Positions 18,795 through 29,292 of a stretch of 32,000 nucleotides of DNA are shown piece after piece. The translations under genes were made by a program, and so were the position numbers. The DNA is from Bacillus subtilis subsp. subtilis str. 168. Lineage in GTDB: Bacteria; Bacillota; Bacilli; Bacillales; Bacillaceae. The stretch lies in assembly GCF_000009045.1 (NCBI RefSeq), contig NC_000964.3, positions 3,750,001 to 3,782,000 on the forward strand, in the 5' to 3' direction. The notes beneath the pieces were generated by a model. The model was not told the origin of the DNA and searched no databases. It saw only the letters and a list, made by a program, of their open reading frames with translations. How positions within the stretch are numbered: position 1 is the stretch's first letter; every line of letters begins with the position of its first letter.

Positions 18795-19108
18795 GACTTC
18801 ACCTCCGCAGAAATTGGCTGATGTACCGTAACAAGCTTTACACCATCCGGAAATGTGGCCTCCACCTGAATGCTGTCCAGCATCTCAGGCACACCCTCCA
18901 TCACATCTTTTTCCGTTAATACATGGCGGCCGGCTTCCATCAGCTCTGCTACTCCCTTCCCATCACGTGCGCCTTCCATAATAAAGCAGGTGATATAAGC
19001 AGCAGCCTCAGGATAGTTCAGCAGAACGCCCCGCGCCTTTCGCTGTTTGGCTAATTCCCCCGCTGCAAAAATGAGCAATTTCTCTTGTTCAACTGGTGTC
19101 AGTTTCAT
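18791..19108 (-). CDS. ureA: Urease subunit gamma
   Basis: 105 aa; [20 protein letters not shown]; AAGGAGG RBS. Confidence 0.98.
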   Translation of the reverse strand: MKLTPVEQEKLLIFAAGELAKQRKARGVLLNYPEAAAYITCFIMEGARDGKGVAELMEAGRHVLTEKDVMEGVPEMLDSIQVEATFPDGVKLVTVHQPISAEVKS

Positions 19109-19366
19109 CTGTAGTCCTCCTTCTTTTGTCATATAAAGCAGATGCGGCTACTACGAATTTGCGGAACAGTCAGGCGGGACATCACCTCCCTTTCTTCGAG
19201 AATGGGGGTCATACGGTAAGATGCCTTTCAAAGCGGCATGCCGTTTCTTCATCAGCCTTGCCATGGTCAACAACCGTTCCCCTGTCGATCACGGAAAGAT
19301 CAGATTAACGCGTTTTCCAGACTGCGCTCGACTAAGATAACAAATGTCTTTTTTTCTGGAAATTTC

Positions 19367-19395
19367 TATAATAACTTGTCTGACTAGTTCGACAA
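19367..19395 (-). promoter_or_regulatory. Candidate proximal ureABC promoter with overlapping inverted repeat
   Basis: Minus strand TTGTCG-N16/17-TATTATA; TTGTC-N10-GACAA at 19376..19395. Confidence 0.5.
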
Positions 19396-20059
19396 TTAAA
19401 ATCTGAATTCCTTCCAATTGTTTATTAAGTAAAATATTTTTCAGATTTACCATCAGCGCTCTGGTGATTGCAAGCTGCTGCTGTTGACCGCCTTTTCGTT
19501 TTGAACAAACGTTTGATTAAAACAAATAGCCCCCTCTGTTTAGCCGGAGTCGGCCTAATACAGCGACAATCTGCCCCGGGCGAAGCTAAGGCTGTGCAAA
19601 ACCATCGATTGATCATAACCAGACGTTACATTCCTGATGGCAGCCCGTTGTTTTGCTCCGCAACCGGAAGCATGGCATGGAGGCCAGTCTGAGGCGCCGA
19701 CCTCCACGATACCGAGAACCCGACTATTGCCATTAACTCCGCATCATGGACGGTCACTTCGCTGATCGCCACCGTTCCTCTTAATGAGTGAAGAATTCCG
19801 GCCTTCACTGAATCCCCGCTTGTGTCGATATCAACTGTTTTCTCGCACTCCCGTGGCTTCCGACACTTTCTTCGGTGCAGTACATTCCGTCATCAAAACC
19901 CCTTTGTTTGATTTCTTCAAATGATGTTATAAAAGTTTACAACTTATGTCATCATTATATAGAAGAGGCCTATTAATTCAAAGAATATTTAAAAAATTTA
20001 GTTACCTTGACCAAATCAGCTTCTTTTTTTGTTATATTTATTCACATCAGAAAAAGCGA

Positions 20060-20094
20060 AAAAAAAGACAAGAAACATTTCGTTTCCTGCCTCT
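20060..20094 (-). terminator. Probable terminator downstream of csbD
   Basis: Minus strand GGAAAC-GAAAT-GTTTC followed by TTGTCTTTTTTTT. Confidence 0.5.
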
Positions 20095-20103
20095 TCCGTA
20101 CGA

Positions 20104-20292
20104 TTAATCTTTATCTGAAAATTTATCCTTGGCTTTCCCGATATCCTTTTGGATTTCGCCTTTTGCCTTATCTTTTTTGCCTTCAGCCTGCATGTCCGTT
20201 CTGTCAGCCATATCTCCGACTTTATCCTTCACTTCTCCTTTGGCTTTATTGAAGCCGCCCTTCATTTTGTCTTTTACACTATCGTTACCCAT
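20104..20292 (-). CDS. csbD: General stress protein CsbD
   Basis: 62 aa CsbD-family Lys-rich protein. Confidence 0.97.
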   Translation of the reverse strand: MGNDSVKDKMKGGFNKAKGEVKDKVGDMADRTDMQAEGKKDKAKGEIQKDIGKAKDKFSDKD

Positions 20293-20330
20293 GTTAATTC
20301 TCCCCTCTCAATTATGTGTGTACTTGTTAA

Positions 20331-20355
20331 CTTCCCGATCTGAGAGGCAATAAAC
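20331..20355 (-). promoter_or_regulatory. SigB-type promoter of csbD
   Basis: GTTTAT-N13-GGGAAG; csbD is a known sigma-B gene. Confidence 0.8.
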
Positions 20356-20364
20356 ATTCTAATG

Positions 20365-20844
20365 TTATTTATCGATTTCGTAGCGCTCTCCGTAACGGAG
20401 CACCTTGTATATCGCCAGCCCGTCTGATGACTTTTTCTCCGAATATCGGACCGGCAGCAGGGCAAAAAACACATAATACGTAGAAAAATAGACAAACTGA
20501 TAGAAAAACACATTCGGCTTTAATACACTGTGTATAATCAGCAGATTGATTGCAAAAATCGTGATGAGGTTAAACAAGCAGCCCCCTGCATACACGAGTG
20601 CATTTGAGAATCGATTGTCAATTTTCAACTCCCCGTACCGGCAAAAAGAATCGATAAAATAAATCGTTCTGAACCGTATGGGTCCAATTTTAAGCAGCGT
20701 TTTTCCCATGCCTATATCCAACGATCCCTTTCCGCCAAAAATAAAAGCCATAAAGCTGTGCCCTGAAACATGTATAATCTGTACAAGCGGCAGAACAATG
20801 AGGAAAGACCACAGAAACTTCACCATATCATTAAAACCAAACAT
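20365..20844 (-). CDS. ywmF: Conserved membrane protein YwmF
   Basis: 159 aa from MFGFNDMVKFL; GAGGGGG RBS 6 nt upstream supports this start over the M at 21003, which would overlap rapB. Confidence 0.85.
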   Translation of the reverse strand: MFGFNDMVKFLWSFLIVLPLVQIIHVSGHSFMAFIFGGKGSLDIGMGKTLLKIGPIRFRTIYFIDSFCRYGELKIDNRFSNALVYAGGCLFNLITIFAINLLIIHSVLKPNVFFYQFVYFSTYYVFFALLPVRYSEKKSSDGLAIYKVLRYGERYEIDK

Positions 20845-20962
20845 TGAATTCCCCCTCACATGCATATCTGCATCCCAAAACGGCTTTTGTTCAAAAAACA
20901 GTGCTGTAGCGATTTTTCCTGTTCTCCCCGGAAATAAACGTTCCGATGCTCCCCTTTTTTTG

Positions 20963-20997
20963 CATAAAAAAAAACCATCTGCCAGCAGATGGTTTTG
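20963..20997 (-). terminator. Terminator at end of rapB
   Basis: AAAACCATCTGC-CA-GCAGATGGTTTT; T-run on the minus strand. Confidence 0.9.
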
Positions 20998-20999
20998 TC

Positions 21000-22205
<1,206 letters not shown>

Positions 22206-22281
22206 TTACAATGATTCCTTCTTTATGCCTATCCTTATATATTTCGGTTTTTCTACGTATTTTTTGCACTCGGATTCTAAT

Positions 22282-22316
22282 AAAAAAGCTTACCGGACAG
22301 TGCCGATAAGCTTTTG
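22282..22316 (-). terminator. Terminator downstream of moaA
   Basis: Minus strand AAAAGCTTATCGG...CCGGTAAGCTTTTTT. Confidence 0.9.
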
Positions 22317-22324
22317 ACTTCAAA

Positions 22325-23350
22325 TTAACCGCCAATATAAGACATTTCCACTTTCTTTTTGCCAGATGCTTTTGATAGCGTACGATCGACTGAATACTGA
22401 TCGATCCGATTTTTCCATACTGTCCCGATCATTTCTGATAGTTCGTCATCACTTAATTCCTGGCGAACCGGAGCTCTGAGGTCAAATCCGCTTGAAGCGA
22501 ATAAGCAGGTAAACAGCTCTCCTCTCGCAGAAAGACGGGCTCTGTTGCAAGATCCGCAGAATGCATCAGATACAGATGATATGACGCCAATTTCTCCGGA
22601 GCCGTCCAAGTAGCGGAATCTGGAAGCCACTTCGCCTATATAATTAGGCGCTATCGGCTCAACCGGCATGTGTTTATTGATCAAATCTATGATTTCCGCC
22701 TTTGTCATGACGTCTTTCTTTTCCCATTGGTTGGTGTTGCCTACGTCCATAAATTCAATGAATCTCAGGATATGCCCTTTTTCTTTAAAATAACGGGCCA
22801 TAGGCAGTATATCTTTTTCATTGACGCCCTTTTGAACGACCATATTGATTTTAACACCGAGCCCCGCTTGCTTCGCCGCTTCAATGCCTTCCAGCACCTT
22901 GCTGACAGAAACACCGCGCCCGTTTATCTTCTTAAAACGCTCGTCTTCTAAAGAATCAAGGCTGATCGTAACCCTTTTCAGCCCAGCCTCCTTGAGCCTC
23001 TTAGCATAAACAGGCAGCAGTGATCCGTTTGTCGTCATCGCGATGTCACGAATACCCGGTATGCGGGCCAGTTTTTTGATTAATTCCGGCATATCCTTTC
23101 TCATGAGGGGCTCTCCGCCGGTCAAGCGGATTTTTTCAACGCCAAATCTTGTGACAAACAATGTCGCAAGCCGTTCCAGCTCCTCAAATGAAAGCAGCTC
23201 CTCTTTCTTTAAAAAAGGATAATCCGGGCCGAATAATTCGGCGGGCATACAGTACGTGCATCGGAAGTTGCAGCGGTCTGTAACAGAAATGCGAAGGTCT
23301 CTCAGCGGTCTGTTTCTTTTATCCAACATCTGACGCGACTCTGTAATCAT
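22325..23350 (-). CDS. moaA: GTP 3',8-cyclase MoaA (radical SAM, molybdopterin biosynthesis)
   Basis: 341 aa; [10 protein letters not shown] radical SAM motif and C-terminal [21 protein letters not shown]. Confidence 0.98.
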   Translation of the reverse strand: MITESRQMLDKRNRPLRDLRISVTDRCNFRCTYCMPAELFGPDYPFLKKEELLSFEELERLATLFVTRFGVEKIRLTGGEPLMRKDMPELIKKLARIPGIRDIAMTTNGSLLPVYAKRLKEAGLKRVTISLDSLEDERFKKINGRGVSVSKVLEGIEAAKQAGLGVKINMVVQKGVNEKDILPMARYFKEKGHILRFIEFMDVGNTNQWEKKDVMTKAEIIDLINKHMPVEPIAPNYIGEVASRFRYLDGSGEIGVISSVSDAFCGSCNRARLSARGELFTCLFASSGFDLRAPVRQELSDDELSEMIGTVWKNRIDQYSVDRTLSKASGKKKVEMSYIGG

Positions 23351-23365
23351 AGCTACAGCCCCTTC

Positions 23366-24154
23366 CTACTCCCTGATTCTCTCAGGGTGTGTATATACAT
23401 TAAATGATCCGTTTCTGACAAATCCAATCGCTGTGATATTCAATTCTTCAGCCATTTGAATCGCAAGCTCCGTCGGGGCCGATTTGGAAATGACAATCGA
23501 CACGCCGATTTTGGCCGCTTTTAACAGGACCTCTGATGAGATTCTGCCGCTGAACACAATCAGTTTGTCGCGTACGGACATCCCGTTTAGAAGGCAGTGT
23601 CCGTATAGTTTATCAAGTGCGTTGTGCCGACCGATATCTGTGCGCATCAACAGAAGCTTCTCTGTGTCGCAAAGCGCCGCATTATGGACGCCTCCCGTAT
23701 CCTGAAACGTCCCGCTCCCTTGCTGCATGTCTTTCATAAGCGCCAGACATGCCTCAGGCGATATCTTGATTTGGCTGACAGCCGTCTTGGCTGTTTTGAC
23801 ATCCTGCTGAAAATAAAAATGACGGCCCTTTCCGCAGCATGAGCCGATCACCCGTTTCGTATAATCCTTTTGATCCAATGTCTCAGGGTGAACGAGGTCG
23901 ACATATACAAAACCGAGACTTTCATCTATTGTAAACCTTTTAATTTCTTTTTGAAATCGTATAACACCCTCTGATGCGAGAAATCCGATGACAAGCTCTT
24001 CGATATGCTCAGGCGTACAAACGAGCGTCACAAATTCACTGCCATTCAGTATCACTGTCAAAGGGAATTCCGTCACCATCCGGTCTTCTACTTTGCTTAT
24101 TTCCCCTTGTTCATAGCGCCATACATCCCTGACCGCAGTTACTTTATCGTTCAA
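23366..24154 (-). CDS. fdhD: FdhD, formate dehydrogenase sulfurtransferase
   Basis: 262 aa; SCCGKG motif, TGGVHNAAL, DIGRHNALDKLYG. Confidence 0.97.
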   Translation of the reverse strand: MNDKVTAVRDVWRYEQGEISKVEDRMVTEFPLTVILNGSEFVTLVCTPEHIEELVIGFLASEGVIRFQKEIKRFTIDESLGFVYVDLVHPETLDQKDYTKRVIGSCCGKGRHFYFQQDVKTAKTAVSQIKISPEACLALMKDMQQGSGTFQDTGGVHNAALCDTEKLLLMRTDIGRHNALDKLYGHCLLNGMSVRDKLIVFSGRISSEVLLKAAKIGVSIVISKSAPTELAIQMAEELNITAIGFVRNGSFNVYTHPERIRE

Positions 24155-24228
24155 TGTCTCTTCCCCTCCGCAATGTTCCTGCCTTTATATTTTTTCACAC
24201 TCCTCGGATTTTGTCGAATTCTGAGACA

Positions 24229-24258
24229 CAAAAAGAGCCCTCTATATAAAGGGCTTTT
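24229..24258 (-). terminator. Terminator downstream of ywmE
   Basis: Minus strand AAAAGCCCT-TTATATAG-AGGGCTCTTTTTG. Confidence 0.85.
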
Positions 24259-24271
24259 ACAGGATGTGATG

Positions 24272-24313
24272 ACGGCGGTGTTTAGGCAGGACGCCTAAGC
24301 ATTTAGCCGCCGT
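24272..24313. other. Large compound hairpin in the ywmE-fdhD intergenic region
   Basis: Outer ACGGCGG/CCGCCGT and inner TTAGGC/GCCTAA arms. Confidence 0.65.
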
Positions 24314-24399
24314 TCCTTTTATAACACGTGAGCACCAATGTGCATTGACAACGAACGCGGGGTTTGTCGACACGCTGAGACACCTCTGTATAAAGGACT

Positions 24400-24561
24400 C
24401 TATGTTTGATTATGCTGATTCTTTTTCAGAACCGTAAACAGCACAATAGCTGCGATCAAGGTGAGAATGCTGACAAAAAAGAAGGCTGCCAGTTTTAGAA
24501 GAACACCAAGCAATATAAATGCAACGGTGGCTATAAGAAAAATCATTCCGAATAATTTCAT
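24400..24561 (-). CDS. ywmE: Small membrane protein YwmE (53 aa)
   Basis: Manual translation MKLFGMIFLIATVAFILLGVLLKLAAFFFVSILTLIAAIVLFTVLKKNQHNQT*; GGGG-type RBS upstream. Not in the supplied ORF track. Confidence 0.85.
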   Translation of the reverse strand: MKLFGMIFLIATVAFILLGVLLKLAAFFFVSILTLIAAIVLFTVLKKNQHNQT

Positions 24562-24614
24562 ATGTTCAACCCCTTTTTAGGGTATCATTCCCGCCCAAAC
24601 TGTTTTTAAACCAA

Positions 24615-24642
24615 TAAAAAAGGCGCCTGGGGGAGCGCCTGA
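24615..24642 (-). terminator. Terminator downstream of ywmD
   Basis: Minus strand AGGCGC...GCGCCTTTTTT. Confidence 0.8.
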
Positions 24643-24654
24643 TCTTTAGGTTCC

Positions 24655-25329
24655 TTACTCAGTAAATTTTTGTGCTTCTTTTTCCCAAGCCTGTTCGAAC
24701 TCATCCGCACTGTTCGCTGAAATATATTCTCCGCCGCCAGCGACAGCTGCTTGTTTCATCTCTTCATTACCCTTGACATCAAAGTTGAAGCCAATGATGT
24801 TTACAATCGTATCCACATTTGATGCACGGAGCTTTTCGATTTCCGCCGCAGGGTCTCCGCCGCACGTTTCTTCACCGTCAGTGATTAAATACACCACGTT
24901 TTTCCCGTCTGCGTCAAATGCTTCAAATTCTTTTCTTGTGTCTGCAAGTGCTTTGGCAATCGGTGTCCATCCAGTCGGCTTGAGCTCACTCAATGAATTG
25001 TCAAACAGAGACCCTTCATATGGATGAAGGCCGTAAATGGTTTCCGTCGTACTGCACGAAAGGGCTTTACCGGACAGTTTATTGTTCCCTGCATGCCCGA
25101 AAACGCGAAGCATAAGATTTGTATCCTTTGGAAGAAGTTCGGCAAAAGATTTTACTGATTTTTTGGCAATGTCTATTTTGCGCTCTCCTCCTGTTTTTTG
25201 AACCATGCTTCCGCTTCCGTCAAACAAAACAGCTACATTTGTATCAGCCTGTTTCTCAGCGGCAAAAGACGGGGAGGCAATGGAAACAGTCAACAATCCA
25301 ATGATACCGGCAGCCAGCAATTTTTTCAT
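24655..25329 (-). CDS. ywmD: Secreted VWA-domain protein
   Basis: 224 aa from MKKLLAAGIIGLLTVSIASPSFA signal peptide; MIDAS DGSGSM, LITDGEETCGG. Confidence 0.9.
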   Translation of the reverse strand: MKKLLAAGIIGLLTVSIASPSFAAEKQADTNVAVLFDGSGSMVQKTGGERKIDIAKKSVKSFAELLPKDTNLMLRVFGHAGNNKLSGKALSCSTTETIYGLHPYEGSLFDNSLSELKPTGWTPIAKALADTRKEFEAFDADGKNVVYLITDGEETCGGDPAAEIEKLRASNVDTIVNIIGFNFDVKGNEEMKQAAVAGGGEYISANSADEFEQAWEKEAQKFTE

Positions 25330-25618
25330 ATGATTACTTCCTTTCTTTTTCATATTTTCCAACTATATGTTGGATTCTTCTTTATGCTAGAATACGAAAA
25401 TGCAAAAAGATATAGGACATGCTGCCTTTTGTGCTGCTTTCACGATCTGTCCAAAATCGCTTGAAATGCCGTTCATTTTTAGCCATTTCCGCCCAGAAAG
25501 CATAAACAGCTTGTGTGATCATTCATTCTTTTTTCGCCTTGATTATGACAGAAAAACGGAAATCTGCTACTATGCTACAGGCAGACAGCTAATTAGTTTT
25601 GAAGTTTTTGTTACATAC

Positions 25619-25651
25619 AAAAAGAGGCTGACCATCACCAGCCTCTTTTTT
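25619..25651 (-). terminator. Terminator downstream of ywmC
   Basis: AAAGAGGCTG...CAGCCTCTTT near-perfect stem. Confidence 0.8.
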
Positions 25652-25652
25652 C

Positions 25653-26336
25653 TTATTTAGATAACATTAGTGATTGCTGAGTGAAAATTTTCTCAACATC
25701 TTTTTGGGTATAAGCCGGGAAGTATTCACCGCCGCCTACTTTCGCAATTGCGTTCAGCTGGCCTTTGTATCCCTCTTTATAATCAAAGCCGATCACATTA
25801 ACAGTGATATTGTCTTTTTGCAGTTCCTTTGCTGTTTTAATCGGGTTTCCTCCGCACGTTTCCTCACCGTCTGTCAACAGATACACCACTTTTTCCCCTT
25901 TTGCATCAAGCTGGTCAAAAGAAGATTTCGCCTCGTTCAGCGCTTTGGCAATTGGCGTCCAGCCAGTCGGCCCAATTGTATTGAGAGAATTGAGGAAGCT
26001 TTGCTCGTTAAAGCTTTGGAAGCCGTATACGTTGCGAATGGCTTCACATGACTGAACTTTTCCGGAATTTTTATTGTTTCCTTCAGAGCCAAACACGCTC
26101 ATTTTCACCTGAGTTCCTTCTGGCAATGAGCTCGCAAACTTTGAAATTTCTTTTTTGGCTGAATTAAATTTAGATACACCATCTATTCTTTTCGCCATAC
26201 TTCCGCTGGCATCAAGCAAGACCGCCACGTTCGCCGGCGCTTTAGCCTCCGTTTCTGTCTTTTCAGCTGCAAAAGCAGGTGAAGTTAATCCAAAAAGCAA
26301 TCCTGTCATCATGATCAGTGAAAATCTTTTCTTCAT
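25653..26336 (-). CDS. ywmC: Secreted VWA-domain protein, tandem paralogue of ywmD
   Basis: 227 aa; signal peptide, MIDAS DASGSM, LLTDGEETCGG. Confidence 0.9.
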   Translation of the reverse strand: MKKRFSLIMMTGLLFGLTSPAFAAEKTETEAKAPANVAVLLDASGSMAKRIDGVSKFNSAKKEISKFASSLPEGTQVKMSVFGSEGNNKNSGKVQSCEAIRNVYGFQSFNEQSFLNSLNTIGPTGWTPIAKALNEAKSSFDQLDAKGEKVVYLLTDGEETCGGNPIKTAKELQKDNITVNVIGFDYKEGYKGQLNAIAKVGGGEYFPAYTQKDVEKIFTQQSLMLSK

Positions 26337-26693
26337 GTTCGTACCCCTTTACCAATTTGTTTCTGCGTGCAGATGTTCAACGCTGAACATAATCTATCGT
26401 AATCAACAAAAACCGAGAAATAAATAGGGCGGGCTTCCCCATTGCTGTTGTTTACTTTTGCATAGAAACCTATGTTTTTATTAGTGATTTCCACCTAACG
26501 CCCCTATGAAAAGAGAAGATTGTCCGCCTTTCGGCTTTCGTTATATGAGTCTGTCGAAGTCTGTCGACAAATGTGGATGACTTTACCACAATCTCAAAGC
26601 CTGAAATCAGGAAAAAAGGACTGATCCTTAAAGACGGTCAGAAGCTCCTCTAAACCGTTTCAGCTACTCTTAGATAAAAGATATTCAGGAACA

Positions 26694-26723
26694 GAAAAAG
26701 ACGCCCAATGAGCGTCTTTTTCT
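26694..26723 (-). terminator. Terminator at end of spoIID
   Basis: AGAAAAAGACGC-CCAATGA-GCGTCTTTTTCT. Confidence 0.9.
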
Positions 26724-27753
26724 ACTTTTTCGCCATATATTTATTCAAAAACGCATCTGCCTCAGAAATTTGTGTGCCTTGGTAATAGTACTTTACAATG
26801 TCATCAACCGTTTTGCCTTCTTTGGCCATAAAATTCGCTCCGTATTGGCTCATCCCCACACCGTGGCCAAATCCTCTCGTCGTGACTGTAATTGTGTCTC
26901 CATTTCGCTTCCATTCAAAATCGGCGGAGTTGAGACCCAACTTTTCACGTATGTCTCTTCCTTTCAGCGTCTTGCCGTTAATGACGGCAGTTGCGACCTG
27001 GTGGCCCGGTGTCTCGCCGGTAATCTTCCCTACTGCGCTAGATCCATCCAGCTTGACGCCAAGCTTTTGCTGAAATTCTGCCGCTGTAAAGGTTTTCGTT
27101 GCCTTATATTTCGGAGACTTTTTATCCCATGGGCTTTTGACGCTTTTTAAATATGGGATAGCACTTGTCCAATAAGCTTCTGCATTCTCTGTGTAGCCGT
27201 TGCTTGTGGAGAAAAAGGATGCTTCAATCGGCTGGTTGTTGTACGTTAAGATTTTGCCTTGCGTACTGGCTACCGCATCTGTGATTTTCTTCAGTTTTGT
27301 CTCATAGCTTGTGCCCCACTGTTTTTTCAGCTCCGCTTTGCTTTTATACACCTGGAACATCTGTGTATCATCCACCAGTGAGCCTTTAGGAGCTTCTACC
27401 GCTGAATTTGACACCATCAGTCTGACAATAAATGTTCTGGCGGCAAGCGCCTGGGCTTTCAGCGCTTCAGGTTTAAAGGTTGCCGGCATTTCGGAGGCGA
27501 CGACTCCAATCACATACTCTTCAAGCGGAATGTTTTCTACGGATTGATTTGCGGTTCGATAGACGGGAATAGAAACAGGTGATGCTTTCAATGTTTCTGC
27601 TCCTTTCGATGCTGGTTTCGTGCTGACTGCTGTCTTTTCTGATTCTACGCTGGCCCCCGCTTCCTTATTATGCTGGAATGGTATAACCAAGAGTGTGGGA
27701 ACCAAGAGAATCAATGCACATAGTACGGATAGTGTGATTGCGAATTGTTTCAT
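26722..27753 (-). CDS. spoIID: Stage II sporulation protein D, peptidoglycan lytic transglycosylase
   Basis: 343 aa; SpoIID domain (EEYVIGVVASEMPATFKPEALKAQALAARTFI, GRGHGVGMSQYGA). Confidence 0.98.
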   Translation of the reverse strand: MKQFAITLSVLCALILLVPTLLVIPFQHNKEAGASVESEKTAVSTKPASKGAETLKASPVSIPVYRTANQSVENIPLEEYVIGVVASEMPATFKPEALKAQALAARTFIVRLMVSNSAVEAPKGSLVDDTQMFQVYKSKAELKKQWGTSYETKLKKITDAVASTQGKILTYNNQPIEASFFSTSNGYTENAEAYWTSAIPYLKSVKSPWDKKSPKYKATKTFTAAEFQQKLGVKLDGSSAVGKITGETPGHQVATAVINGKTLKGRDIREKLGLNSADFEWKRNGDTITVTTRGFGHGVGMSQYGANFMAKEGKTVDDIVKYYYQGTQISEADAFLNKYMAKK

Positions 27754-27790
27754 ATTCAGCTGCCTCCTGCTCGGGATTCGACTCTAGTCT

Positions 27791-27819
27791 AGTCTATGGG
27801 CAGGGACAAGCTAATATGA
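27791..27819 (-). promoter_or_regulatory. SigE promoter of spoIID
   Basis: TCATATT-N14-CATAGACT versus KMATATT-N14/15-CATACANT. Confidence 0.85.
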
Positions 27820-27948
27820 CTCTCGTTTTGGACAGAAACTTTATTTGTCATTTACGTATTCTTTTTTGCTATTTTGCGCATAATGATGATAATACACAAA
27901 AAATAAAAAACCAGTATGCCAGAGTGACATACTGATTTTCAAGTAAGT

Positions 27949-29259
27949 TTATGCATTTAAGTCAGAAACGACTTCTTTATTCTCTTGCTCAGAAGCAGAC
28001 TCATCATTTACACGTTCGATGTCTGCGCCCAGAGCGGCAAGCTTCTGATGGAAATCAACGTAACCGCGGTCTAAGTGCTTCAATTCAGTAACACGTGTGT
28101 GACCTTCAGCCACTAACCCCGCAAGAATCAGCGCTGCACCTGCACGCAAATCAGTCGCTGCAACTTCAGCTCCCTGAAGCTGTACAGGACCGTTAATGAT
28201 GACAGAACGTCCTTCAATCTTGATATCACCATTCATACGGCGGAATTCTTCCGCATGCATAAAACGGTTTTCAAAAACGGTTTCTGTAATCATGCTTGTG
28301 CCGCTTGCACGAAGCAGAAGCGCCATCATTTGTGACTGCATATCAGTCGGGAAGCCCGGGTGAGGCATTGTTTTGATGTCAATCGGTTTAAGCTCTTTCG
28401 GGCCGATGACACGCAGACCTTCACCTTCATCCTTAATTGTTACACCCATCTCTTCCATTTTTGCAATTAAAGAGGTGAGGTGCTCAGGAACCGCTCCTTT
28501 TACTAATACGTTTCCTTCAGTGATTGCAGCAGCAACCATAAATGTGCCCGCTTCAATACGGTCAGGAATAATATGGTGTTTTACGCCGTGAAGCTTTTCG
28601 ACTCCTTCAATTTTGATGGTGCCGGTGCCAGCTCCGCGGATTTTTCCGCCCATGCCGTTGATATAGTTTGCTAAATCAACGATTTCGGGTTCTTTTGCCA
28701 CGTTTTCCAGCGTTGTTGTTCCTTCAGCTAGAGCGGCTGCCATAATCAGGTTCTCTGTAGCTCCTACACTTGGGAAGTCCAGATAAATTTTTGCGCCTTG
28801 CAGTCGGCCTTTTACTTCAGCTTCAATGAAGCCATTACCGACTTTGATTTCTGCGCCCATTGCTTCAAAACCTTTTAAATGCTGATCAATCGGTCTGGAA
28901 CCAATTGCGCATCCGCCCGGAAGTGCAACTCTTGCATGACCTGTACGCGCAAGAAGCGGCCCCATGACAAGCACAGACGCACGCATTTTACGAACATATT
29001 CAAAAGGTGCTTCAGTTTGCAAAGCGTATGAAGCATTTACAGTCACTTCATTATTTTCAAAATGCACATCTGCTCCTAAATGACGCAACACTTCGTTAAT
29101 TGTATATACATCGGAGAGCGTAGGTACATCACAAATTACGCTTTTTTCTTCACTTGCTAATAAAGATGCAGCGATAACAGGTAAAACGGCATTTTTAGCG
29201 CCTTCAACTTTGACTGTGCCGTTTAACTTCTGACCGCCGCGGACGATGATTTTTTCCAA
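27949..29259 (-). CDS. murAA: UDP-N-acetylglucosamine 1-carboxyvinyltransferase
   Basis: 436 aa; [31 protein letters not shown]; catalytic [13 protein letters not shown]. Confidence 0.98.
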   Translation of the reverse strand: MEKIIVRGGQKLNGTVKVEGAKNAVLPVIAASLLASEEKSVICDVPTLSDVYTINEVLRHLGADVHFENNEVTVNASYALQTEAPFEYVRKMRASVLVMGPLLARTGHARVALPGGCAIGSRPIDQHLKGFEAMGAEIKVGNGFIEAEVKGRLQGAKIYLDFPSVGATENLIMAAALAEGTTTLENVAKEPEIVDLANYINGMGGKIRGAGTGTIKIEGVEKLHGVKHHIIPDRIEAGTFMVAAAITEGNVLVKGAVPEHLTSLIAKMEEMGVTIKDEGEGLRVIGPKELKPIDIKTMPHPGFPTDMQSQMMALLLRASGTSMITETVFENRFMHAEEFRRMNGDIKIEGRSVIINGPVQLQGAEVAATDLRAGAALILAGLVAEGHTRVTELKHLDRGYVDFHQKLAALGADIERVNDESASEQENKEVVSDLNA

Positions 29260-29292
29260 GGTATTCCCCTCCGCGTCCCTAAATTCTCTATA

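Noticed and set aside
19468-19692. Plus-strand 74-codon ORF in the ureA-csbD gap
   Set aside because: Overlaps opposing ORFs, unusual composition, no convincing RBS; no evidence for coding.
24272-24313. CRISPR-like repeat or transposon end at the fdhD-ywmE hairpin
   Set aside because: Only one hairpin, no regularly spaced repeats, no transposase and no target-site duplication evident.
26373-26390. LexA/SOS box upstream of ywmC
   Set aside because: Half sites are in the inverse orientation to CGAAC-N4-GTTCG, so the dyad is reported only as an unidentified palindrome.
28373-28591. Plus-strand ORF antisense to murAA
   Set aside because: Shadow frame of a highly conserved gene without an RBS.
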